Origin: an uncultured Anaerolineaceae bacterium
Lineage (GTDB): Bacteria; Chloroflexota; Dehalococcoidia; Tepidiformales; Tepidiformaceae
NCBI GenBank assembly: GCA_964507025.1
Contig: CAZDOK010000003.1
Location: forward strand, 115,123-179,122
DNA: 64,000 nucleotides
Direction: 5' to 3'
In this document: positions 24,644-32,595 of the stretch, one piece after another
Position numbering within the stretch: the stretch's first letter is position 1
Layout of the letters: every line of letters starts with the position of its first letter
The notes under the pieces: generated by a model
What the model saw: the letters and a program-made list of their open reading frames with translations, nothing else
Told to the model about the DNA's origin: nothing
Database searches by the model: none
Translations under genes and position numbers: made by a program

Positions 24644-25885
24644 ATGGAATACGAACTGCAAGCAGAGACCGAGGCCGGATGCCGCCTCGTCGCGCTCGCG
24701 GAGACCCTGGCGGCCGACTTCGCAAGTCGCGCTGCCGAGCACGACCGCGAAGGCACGTTCCCGTTGGAGAACATCGACGCGCTCCGCGCGAGCGGGTACC
24801 TGGCCGCGCCCGTCCCCCGCGGGTGCGGTGGCATGGGCGTCGAGACCGTCCGCGACGTGCTCGTCGCATCGAGCCGGCTGGCACGTGGCGACGGATCAAC
24901 GACCATCGGCGTCAACATGCACCTCAATGTCACCATGGGCCTGCGCCGCTCCTACGAGCGGGCCATGGCCACCGGCGACCGGGCGAGGGCGGCCATGCTC
25001 GCCGAAACGCTCCAGGGCATTGCCCGGGGCCAGGTGATCATCGCTTCGCTCAGCACCGAGCCAGGGCGCGAGCTCACTGAACCGGCCACGCGAGCCACCC
25101 GCACGCCGGGCGGCTGGTCGATCAGCGGGAAGAAGACCTTCGCGACGATGTCTGAGGCAGCGACACACCTGGCCGTCTCCGTTTCGTGGGAAGACGAGAA
25201 CGGCGAGGAGCGGGTCTCGTTCGTCCAGCTGCCCGCCAACGGGCCGGGCGTCACCCTCAACCATGACTGGGATGCCATGGGCATGCGGGCGAGCGGCAGC
25301 GGATCGGTGTCGTTCGAGCATGTGCCCGTGGCCGATGGCCGCCTGGTTGGTGGCTTTCCCGTGGGCAGGTGGAGCGCGGGCCTGATGGAGCGCTTCCTCT
25401 CGGCCGGCCTGGTGCATGCATCGCCCTACCTGGGCATCGCAGAAGCTGCCGCCGGGCAGGGGCTCGCGATGGCTTCGAAGGCGAAGAAGGGCCGCAACGG
25501 TCGGCCGATGGCCGAGCGGCCCATGATCCAGGTGCTGGCCGCCGAGAACGCGATCGAGCTCGCTGCCATGCGTGGCATCTTTGACCGGGCGGCGCGGCTC
25601 GTCGACCAGTACTTCGCCAACCACGTGGCTTGCGCGGACTACGACGAGGTCCTGGTCGCCTTCAAGGAAGCCCAGTGCGCGAAGACGTTCCTCAACGCTG
25701 CATCGGTCCGCGTGGTCGATCGTGCGCTCACGCTTTCGGGCGGGGCGGGCTACATGGCCCGCCATCCGCTGTCACGACTCTACCGGGATGTCAGGGCGGG
25801 GGCATTCATGCACCCGCTCGCAGCCAATACCGCCCACGAATTCATCGGCCGCGTCGAGCTCGGTCTCGAACCCGATGCAGCCTGA
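24644..25885 (+). CDS. Acyl-CoA dehydrogenase-fold flavoprotein (paralogue of 46904..48139)
   Basis: ACAD-like N-, middle and C-domains. The C-terminal region reads RDVRAGAFMHPLAANTAHEFIG instead of a YEG-type catalytic-base motif. Confidence 0.85.
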   Translation: MEYELQAETEAGCRLVALAETLAADFASRAAEHDREGTFPLENIDALRASGYLAAPVPRGCGGMGVETVRDVLVASSRLARGDGSTTIGVNMHLNVTMGLRRSYERAMATGDRARAAMLAETLQGIARGQVIIASLSTEPGRELTEPATRATRTPGGWSISGKKTFATMSEAATHLAVSVSWEDENGEERVSFVQLPANGPGVTLNHDWDAMGMRASGSGSVSFEHVPVADGRLVGGFPVGRWSAGLMERFLSAGLVHASPYLGIAEAAAGQGLAMASKAKKGRNGRPMAERPMIQVLAAENAIELAAMRGIFDRAARLVDQYFANHVACADYDEVLVAFKEAQCAKTFLNAASVRVVDRALTLSGGAGYMARHPLSRLYRDVRAGAFMHPLAANTAHEFIGRVELGLEPDAA

Positions 25886-25915
25886 TTGAGCCGGCCTGAC
25901 GGCCATCTCTCCCCG

Positions 25916-25947
25916 CCGGCGTCCCGGTCGACTGACCGGGGCGCCGG
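25916..25947 (+). terminator. GC-rich hairpin between the ACAD-fold gene and the deacetylase gene (no U-tract)
   Basis: CCGGCGTCCCGGTC-gact-GACCGGGGCGCCGG: 14 bp including one G-U pair. Confidence 0.3.
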
Positions 25948-25974
25948 CCCAGAACCACCGAAGGAACCACTGTC

Positions 25975-26844
25975 ATGTCGAACCTCGAACTACTGCCCAC
26001 CTCCACCTGGCCGGTCGCTCAGCGACGCATGTTGTTCGTGCTGGCCCATCCAGACGACGAGACCCTCGGTTTCGGGGGCACGATTGCCCGCTACGCCGCT
26101 GAAGGGGTCGAGGTGCACCTCATTACCGCTACCTCCGGCCAGAAGGGCTGGTTCGGCGACCCGGAGCGGAATCCGGGAGAGGCCGCCCTCGGCCGCATTC
26201 GGCGCGAAGAGCTGCGGCGGGCCGCGGCGATCCTGGGCGTCCGCCGCGTCTACCTGCTCGGGCACACCGACGGCGATCTCGACCAGGTCGACCCCGACTG
26301 CATCGTGACCGAGATCGCGGCGTATATCCGCGAGTTCCAGCCCGACGTCGTCCTGACCTTTGGACATGACGGGCTGTATGGCCACCCGGACCACATCGCC
26401 ATCTGCCAGTTCACGACGGCGGCGGTGGTGGCCGCTGCGAACCCGGGCTATGCACTGCTCCAGGGCTCGGAGCCGCACCAGGTCTCGAAGCTTTACTACC
26501 GGGCGGCCCGGGCGCAGTACATGGCCGCGTACGAGGAAGCCTTTGGCGAACTCGTGATGCACATCGACGACGAGGAACGCCGCTCCCCCGGCTGGGCGAA
26601 CTGGGTAATCACCACGACCGTGAACGCCGGGACGCGCTGGCGGCAGGTGTGGACCGCTGTGAAGCAGCATCGGTCACAGCTACCGCTGTACGCGCGACTC
26701 CAGGCACTTCCCGACGAGCGCCACCGCTACCTCTGGGGGACGCAGGAGTACTACCGGGCCATGAGCGTGGTGAACGGCGGCCGGACGAAGGAGACCGACC
26801 TGTTCGCGGGGCTCCAGCAATGGGCCTTAACCGCGGCCGCCTGA
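25975..26844 (+). CDS. PIG-L/LmbE family deacetylase
   Basis: VLAHPDDETLGFGG, and HPDH within GHDGLYGHPDHIA. Confidence 0.85.
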   Translation: MSNLELLPTSTWPVAQRRMLFVLAHPDDETLGFGGTIARYAAEGVEVHLITATSGQKGWFGDPERNPGEAALGRIRREELRRAAAILGVRRVYLLGHTDGDLDQVDPDCIVTEIAAYIREFQPDVVLTFGHDGLYGHPDHIAICQFTTAAVVAAANPGYALLQGSEPHQVSKLYYRAARAQYMAAYEEAFGELVMHIDDEERRSPGWANWVITTTVNAGTRWRQVWTAVKQHRSQLPLYARLQALPDERHRYLWGTQEYYRAMSVVNGGRTKETDLFAGLQQWALTAAA

Positions 26845-26953
26845 ATCGGGAGTTCCCCTGCACCGTGTTGAGTGCCCGCGTGGTACGGTGACGGTGCGGG
26901 GGAAACTCCGCCAATGCCTCAACGAGGCCGTCGGCCTCCACCCCCGGAGGGGA

Positions 26954-27988
26954 ATGTCGAAACAGCGTCCCGCGCCACCCGTTGACTACCGTGAGCTGAA
27001 GCAGCTCGTCACCAGCGAAGGACTCCTCGCACCACAGCACGGCTACTATGCCTTTAAAGCCGCTGCCGCATTCGCCGGGATTGGCCTTGCGGTCGTGGTG
27101 ACGCTCTCCACCTCGAACCTGGCCATGGTGCTCCTGGGCGCCCTCCTGATGGCGTTCGCATCCACCCAGGTCGCGCTCCTGGGGCACGACATCGGCCACC
27201 GGCAGGGATTCCGCGGCCGCCGGACGAACCTCATCGCACGGTTTATCTTCGGGAACCTGCTCCTTGGCATTAGCCACACCTGGTGGAGCGCGAAACATAA
27301 CCAGCACCACGCGACCCCGAACCACGAGGAGCTCGATCCCGACATCCAGTTCCCCATGGTGGTGTTCTCGATCGAGCAGCTGGCTGCCCGCTCGCCCAGG
27401 CTTCGCTGGCTGATCGGCCTGCAGGCGTTCGTGTTCCCGCTACTGCTTCCGCTGCAGGCGGCGAACATGCGAATCACCAGCATCCAGCACCTGGTGCGCG
27501 GCCGCGCGAAGATGCCGCTGCTGCAGGCCGCGGTCATCCTCGGCCATTTTGTTCTTTACGGCCTGCTGCTCCTCGCCATTGGCAGCTGGCCGCTGGCCCT
27601 CGCGTTCGCGCTGGTCCACCAGCTGGCGTTCGGTCTGTACAACAGCTCGGTCTTTGCCTCGAACCACAAGGGCATGCCGCTCATCGAGGCAGGGCACCGG
27701 CTCGACTTCCTGCGCGAGCAGGTGCTCACCTCGCGCAACGTGCTGGGGCACCCGCTCACGGACTTCTGGTATGGCGGCCTGAACTACCAGATCGAACATC
27801 ACCTGTTCCCGACCATGCCTCGCAACCAGCTCAGCAAGGCCCAGCCCATCGTCGAGGACTTCTGCAAGCGGCTGGGCATTTCGTACCACGCCACCGGCCT
27901 GTTCGCGTCGTATCGCGAGACCTGGCTCCACCTCTACCGGCTGGGCAACGCGGCCCGCCGGCGGCCCGTAGCGGTCAGGGCCGACTAG
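26954..27988 (+). CDS. Membrane fatty-acid desaturase family protein
   Basis: Track ORF 26888..27988 trimmed to ATG 26954 (GGAGGGGA upstream). Three histidine boxes: HDIGHRQ, HNQHHATPN and QIEHHLFP. Confidence 0.85.
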   Translation: MSKQRPAPPVDYRELKQLVTSEGLLAPQHGYYAFKAAAAFAGIGLAVVVTLSTSNLAMVLLGALLMAFASTQVALLGHDIGHRQGFRGRRTNLIARFIFGNLLLGISHTWWSAKHNQHHATPNHEELDPDIQFPMVVFSIEQLAARSPRLRWLIGLQAFVFPLLLPLQAANMRITSIQHLVRGRAKMPLLQAAVILGHFVLYGLLLLAIGSWPLALAFALVHQLAFGLYNSSVFASNHKGMPLIEAGHRLDFLREQVLTSRNVLGHPLTDFWYGGLNYQIEHHLFPTMPRNQLSKAQPIVEDFCKRLGISYHATGLFASYRETWLHLYRLGNAARRRPVAVRAD

Positions 27989-30284
27989 GCACCGGTAAGG
28001 GCTGCAGGCGGAGGATCGACTCGGTTTCAGCCTCCCGGGCAGCCTGATTGCGCAGCATCAGGATGCGCTCGTGCTGTTGCCAGAGCGGGAGCTGGTCGGC
28101 GTAGTGGTGGCTTGCCGGAATACCGGAGACGCCACCCGGGATGACATATGAGGCCTGTTCGGGCTCCGCGAAATCGACCACCTGGCGATACACCGAGGTG
28201 AGCGTGATGGCGAAGTCGTTCCTGCCGCTGAGGCCGTAGCCAGCGGCCTGGAGCGTATCGCCGTCGCCGCCGACAGCGGCGCGCGGTGGGTCGAGCGCGG
28301 CCCCGGGGAACTGGCTCGAGAGCGGGTGCCGGCTGGCGGTAGTGTGGCGGGAGTCCCAGCGCCAGCTCTTCGGGTCGGGGCCGCCGAGCGCGGCGGCCTG
28401 TTCCCAGGCGCGTCTCAACGCGGCCGCGAGGATGCCGCCCCACTCACGGTCACGGGGGGGTGTCGCCCCGTCTTCGAGGTGAGCGACGACCTCCGCAAGC
28501 AGGCCGTTGACCACCCGGCCGAGGCCAGCGTGCCGTTCGGTGGTGAGCCAGGCCCAGGTCGCCTCGCCCACCAGCGGCGCGAAGAGCTCGCGCGTGACGT
28601 TTCTGCGGAAGTACGCATACAGGAGCCCCTCAGCGCCGTCGCCGCGGAGGTTGCCATCCCACCCGGCGAGCATGGCGCGGGCGCGTTCGGCATCGCCTTC
28701 GAACGGGCCCCCGGATGCCAGGAACCGTGACCACGCGCGCGCCGGATTCGACGTGGTGTCGCCCTGCCATGAGGCGATCGCCTCGGGCGAATGGCGTTCA
28801 CCGGTGGCGAGCAGCTCCACCAGGCGGCCGGCCCGGCCTGGCGGAGCGAAGTACGCGCTGATGTAGGGCTCGTCGCCTGCCAGCACACGCTGGTTCGCGG
28901 TCGCGATGTACCCTTCGGGCGGGTTCACCGAGCGAGGCATCTGCTCGAAGGGGACGGTGCCAATCCACTCGTGCTCGCCCGTCCAGCCGGGCACGGCGAC
29001 GCGGCGCCCGGCCTTCGATGCGCGGATTGGCAGCTCGCCCCGCACCAGGTAACCGATGTTCCCGGCGGAATCGGCGGCGACCAGGTTGTTGACCGGGTCG
29101 ACCCAGGTTGCCTGCGCGGCGAAGAGCTCCAGCACATCGTGAGCGCGGAGCATGGCGCGGAGGCCGTTGAACGCCGGCTTCGCGCGTTCGAGTGCGGTGT
29201 ACCTCAGCGCGACACCCATCCCCTCGCGCGGGTCACCGTGGACGACCGGCCCGTGCCGTGTCCTCCAGCACTCGATGCTGACCGGCTCTCCGCCACGCAC
29301 GGTGATGGTCTCGGTGCGCGGCTCTGCCGCCCGCCAGCCATCTTCAGTGAGGTAGCGTTCGCCGGCGTCGCCCTCGAACCGCTCGATGTAGAGGTCCTGG
29401 TAGTCGGCCTGGGTGTGAGTGATGTTCCAGGCGACGGCACCGTTGAAGCCGAAGTGAGGGAAGCCCGGGAACCCCGCAAAGGTCGCGCCGCTGACCTCGA
29501 ATTCCGGGCACGAGACCTTCACCTGCCAGTAGGCGTTTGGCACATCGAGGGCACGATGGGAGTCGTTGCAGATGACCGGTTTACCGGTGGTGGTGCGCGA
29601 GCCGTGCACAGCCCAGGAGTTCGACCCGGCCTCGATCTCGGAGAGGAAGCCCAGATGTTCGCCCGCCGCCGCGATCTCCTCGTTCGCGAACTCGAAGAGC
29701 TCCCGGACCTTGCCGCCCGGGGGGAGGATGACTGAGGTACCAGGCGGCGAAAGGAAGTGGAGGTCCTTCCACGTGTCCGGACCAACGCGGGCGAACAGGC
29801 CAGTCGCGGCCATCTTCCACTGCCAGAGTCCCATCAGCACGTGGCGGATCTTGAACACGGCAACCGAGTGCCACGGTTCCCACGGCTCGGGGCTGGTGCC
29901 CGTAAGCGCGTACTCCGGTGGCAGCGGCGCGGCACTTGCCAGGAAGGCGTTCACTCCCAGGGCATACGCCTCGAACATCTCGCGCGTGCCGGTATCCATC
30001 GCGCCGATGTCGGCCCTGGCCGCGGCGGCAGTGTCGAGCCGGCGCGCCATCAGGTCGGCGGGGACGCCAGCCTCGCCCACGGCCTCGGCCCAGCGGCCCG
30101 CTGCCCGCCGCCGGTCGTACTCCATTTGCCAGAGCCGGTCATGGGCGGCGGCGAAGCCCTGCCCGAACCACGCGTCCATCTCTGTCGCGGCCGAGACGTG
30201 GGCCACGCCCCAGCGGTCGCGCCGGATGACGACCTCTCCGCTCGGCCCCCGGACATGGAGATCTGTTGATTGCGCCGTCACCAT
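27975..30284 (-). CDS. Penicillin acylase family Ntn-hydrolase (penicillin/AHL acylase-like)
   Basis: DRLWQMEYDRR in the alpha-subunit region and the EAGSNSWAV nucleophile Ser motif at the beta-subunit start; 769 aa. No evident signal peptide. Confidence 0.85.
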   Translation of the reverse strand: MVTAQSTDLHVRGPSGEVVIRRDRWGVAHVSAATEMDAWFGQGFAAAHDRLWQMEYDRRRAAGRWAEAVGEAGVPADLMARRLDTAAAARADIGAMDTGTREMFEAYALGVNAFLASAAPLPPEYALTGTSPEPWEPWHSVAVFKIRHVLMGLWQWKMAATGLFARVGPDTWKDLHFLSPPGTSVILPPGGKVRELFEFANEEIAAAGEHLGFLSEIEAGSNSWAVHGSRTTTGKPVICNDSHRALDVPNAYWQVKVSCPEFEVSGATFAGFPGFPHFGFNGAVAWNITHTQADYQDLYIERFEGDAGERYLTEDGWRAAEPRTETITVRGGEPVSIECWRTRHGPVVHGDPREGMGVALRYTALERAKPAFNGLRAMLRAHDVLELFAAQATWVDPVNNLVAADSAGNIGYLVRGELPIRASKAGRRVAVPGWTGEHEWIGTVPFEQMPRSVNPPEGYIATANQRVLAGDEPYISAYFAPPGRAGRLVELLATGERHSPEAIASWQGDTTSNPARAWSRFLASGGPFEGDAERARAMLAGWDGNLRGDGAEGLLYAYFRRNVTRELFAPLVGEATWAWLTTERHAGLGRVVNGLLAEVVAHLEDGATPPRDREWGGILAAALRRAWEQAAALGGPDPKSWRWDSRHTTASRHPLSSQFPGAALDPPRAAVGGDGDTLQAAGYGLSGRNDFAITLTSVYRQVVDFAEPEQASYVIPGGVSGIPASHHYADQLPLWQQHERILMLRNQAAREAETESILRLQPLPVPSRP

Positions 30285-30389
30285 CGGACACCCCCTCCGC
30301 TGGCATTTCGCGGAAGCCTACCACTTCTGGCAGCACCGCCATGGCGACGGCTCTGGTAGGCTTCCGGCACTCCACGGAAGGAGCCGCCA

Positions 30390-31703
30390 GTGGCCGCGAA
30401 TCCGTCCCTCGACTGGGATGGCCTCTTCGATGAAGCCGTCGACATCCTCTGCAGCTATATCCGCATCGATACGTCGAACCCGCCGGGCAACGAGGTCGCG
30501 GCGTGCGAGTTCCTCGGCGGCATCCTCCAGCGCGAAGGCATCCCGTTCGAGACGTTCGATGCCGGCGGCGGGCGCGTGTCGCTCAGGGCTGTCCTGCGGG
30601 GCGATGGGAGCAAGCGCCCGTTCATGCTGCTGAACCATACCGACGTGGTGCCCGTGCAACGCGAGTACTGGGACGAGGACCCGTTCAGCGGGCTCATCAA
30701 GGATGGCCACATCTGGGGCCGCGGCGCGCTCGACATGAAGGGGTTGGGCGTTGCCCAGCTCATCACCTTCCTCGCGCTCAACCGCCGTCAGGTCCCCCTC
30801 GCGCGCGACCTCGTGTTCTTCGCCATGGCCGACGAGGAGGCCGGCTCGGAGTTCGGCATGCGCTGGCTCGATCGCAACCACCCCGAGTCGCTCGATGCCG
30901 AGTTCGTCATCAACGAAGGCGGGGGCGGCACCACGGAGCTCTTCGGCATCGAGCGGCCGGTGTACAACGTGGCGGTTGCGGAGAAGGGGCCGGTCTGGCT
31001 GCGGCTGGTCGCGGAAGGTGCACCGGGCCACGGCTCGGTGCCCCACGACGACAACGCGCTCGACCGGCTGGTGCGCGCCATGCACCGCGTTCAGACCTGG
31101 GAGCGCCCCCTCACGGTGTCGCCGGCGCTCGAGGAGTATTTCGCGCGCCTTTCGAAGGCCGGCATCTATCGCGGAGATCCGACTGCGGCCGGCCTGCAGT
31201 CGGCCGCGGCGGGCGACCCCCGCATCCGAGCGCTGCTCACGGACACGATTAGCGCGACGACGGCCGCAGCGGGTGTGAAACATAACGTGATCCCGGCGCG
31301 CGCCGAGGCCACGCTCGACTGCCGGCTCCTGCCTGGCGTTCAACCGGAGGGCTTCATCGCCGAACTCGAGCGTGTAGTCGACGACCCAAAGGTGCGGGTG
31401 GAGCGCGTTCACATCGGGTGGTCGGATTCGAACGCGTTTGACACCGAGTTGTTCCGGACCATTGAGAGCGTCGTCCACGACCACATCGAGGATGCGGTGG
31501 TCGTGCCCGGGATGACGGTAGGGTTCACGGATAGCAGTGTGCTGCGCAACCGCGGCGTGGTCTCGTACGGCTTTTCCGGCGGGCTCAACGTGCCGGCGCT
31601 CGGGCGGACGGTGCATGGCCACAACGAGCGTGTGCCGCTCGAAAGCTTCCGGCTGAATTGCCAGATGGTGTACGAAGTGACCCGGCGGATGTGCGCGCGC
31701 TAG
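30390..31703 (+). CDS. M20/M25/M40 family metallopeptidase
   Basis: LLNHTDVVP, GRGALDMKG and FFAMADEEAGS metal and catalytic motifs. GTG start. Confidence 0.85.
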   Translation: MAANPSLDWDGLFDEAVDILCSYIRIDTSNPPGNEVAACEFLGGILQREGIPFETFDAGGGRVSLRAVLRGDGSKRPFMLLNHTDVVPVQREYWDEDPFSGLIKDGHIWGRGALDMKGLGVAQLITFLALNRRQVPLARDLVFFAMADEEAGSEFGMRWLDRNHPESLDAEFVINEGGGGTTELFGIERPVYNVAVAEKGPVWLRLVAEGAPGHGSVPHDDNALDRLVRAMHRVQTWERPLTVSPALEEYFARLSKAGIYRGDPTAAGLQSAAAGDPRIRALLTDTISATTAAAGVKHNVIPARAEATLDCRLLPGVQPEGFIAELERVVDDPKVRVERVHIGWSDSNAFDTELFRTIESVVHDHIEDAVVVPGMTVGFTDSSVLRNRGVVSYGFSGGLNVPALGRTVHGHNERVPLESFRLNCQMVYEVTRRMCAR

Positions 31704-31708
31704 CCGGC

Positions 31709-31729
31709 GGTTGCAATGCCTTTGCAACC
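31709..31729 (+). terminator. Short perfect hairpin just after the M20 gene (no U-tract)
   Basis: GGTTGCAA-tgcct-TTGCAACC: 8 bp with a 5-nt loop. Confidence 0.3.
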
Positions 31730-32108
31730 CGGCGGCCGGGCAGGGGCTTCCCCCCGGGGGTATACTGAAAGGGTCAATTCGCGCATCCACAAGGGGGGTC
31801 CAACCGGCCCGGCGCCCAGGCGCCGCGCCGGGTTCCGTTTCCCCAGGCAAGTCAGTTCAATCGTGCGGGCCAACCACTGGAGGGCCCGCCCCGGCACCAG
31901 ATGGAGCAGGCCAGATGACCTGGACCGAGCAATCGCTTCCGCTCCCATCCGAGGTGCGTCGCGGAGCCACCCACTGCCGGTACGGCCTGCGGTCCCTCCG
32001 CCGCTCGCGACTGCTCGCAACCTCCCGGCCGTGGCAGGTGGTCGCCAACCATGTCGCGCGCGGCGAACTACCTGCCACGCACGCTCGTTCCTGAGACGAT
32101 TCGCCCCC

Positions 32109-32148
32109 GGCTACCGGTAGCAGCCCTCGGTGAGAGATGGGCTACCGG
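32109..32148. promoter_or_regulatory. Palindrome plus direct repeat upstream of the GlgE operon (candidate protein-binding site)
   Basis: GCTACCGGTAGC is a perfect 12-bp palindrome (32110-32121). GGCTACCGG recurs at 32109-32117 and 32140-32148. Confidence 0.2.
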
Positions 32149-32175
32149 CCCCCCGGCCAAGGAAAGGACATCTTG

Positions 32176-32376
32176 ATGGACGAATGTTGCGCCTGCGGCG
32201 CCACCAACAACCTCGAATACTTCGCGCCAGAGACCTGCGTGTTCGGCGACGGTTCCCGCCTGGAGCGCGAGGCGCTCCTCTGCGATGTGTGCGTGGGCGC
32301 GACCACGCTCCGGCGCGTGGTGGACCACATCTCAGGCGCGCGCCGGCGAGGCCGCCAATCGGCACTCGCATCCTGA
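32176..32376 (+). CDS. Small Cys-rich protein (66 aa), possible zinc-binding
   Basis: Track ORF 32137..32376 trimmed to ATG 32176 (GGAAAGGA upstream). MDECCACGATNN ... LLCDVCVG gives CCxC and CxxC pairs. No family recognised. Confidence 0.4.
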   Translation: MDECCACGATNNLEYFAPETCVFGDGSRLEREALLCDVCVGATTLRRVVDHISGARRRGRQSALAS

Positions 32377-32412
32377 AAGTCACCATCGTTCGTCGGATTG
32401 GGAGGCAATGCC

Positions 32413-32595
32413 ATGAACAGTGACGTTATCGCAAGTCCGGCTGAGCGGACCGAACAACGGGTCGCCAGCCCGGCCCGCGACTATCCGGTCGAGCCGGTGC
32501 GCTCGCAATGGGTGGTCGACCTCGTCTCACACAGGGTAGTGAAGCGTGCCGCGCGCTCGCCACTGCATGCACACGGGGATCCCGACGCATCGTGA
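32413..32595 (+). CDS. Small hypothetical ORF (60 aa) translationally coupled to glgE
   Basis: ATG 32413 preceded by GGGAGG. Its TGA stop (32593-32595) overlaps the GTG start of glgE (32592) as GTGA. Confidence 0.35.
   Translation: MNSDVIASPAERTEQRVASPARDYPVEPVRSQWVVDLVSHRVVKRAARSPLHAHGDPDAS

Noticed and set aside
24426-24899. N-terminal extension of the PEBP ORF (track ORF 23949..24899).
   Set aside because: The extension is an Arg-rich, low-complexity translation. A strong GAAGGAGGA SD sits 5 nt before TTG 24425, and the PEBP fold is complete from there.
31704-32175. Considered tmRNA, RNase P RNA, SRP RNA or 6S RNA in the long intergenic region. Also considered track ORFs 31711..32094 and 31716..32120, and a 59-aa sub-ORF starting at 31915.
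   Set aside because: I found no conserved RNA signatures: no GGUUCGAAUCC-type T-arm, no GAGGAAAGUCC P4 element and no SRP domain IV motif. The ORFs are Arg/Pro-rich without motifs. The region is kept only as an unexplained non-coding region.
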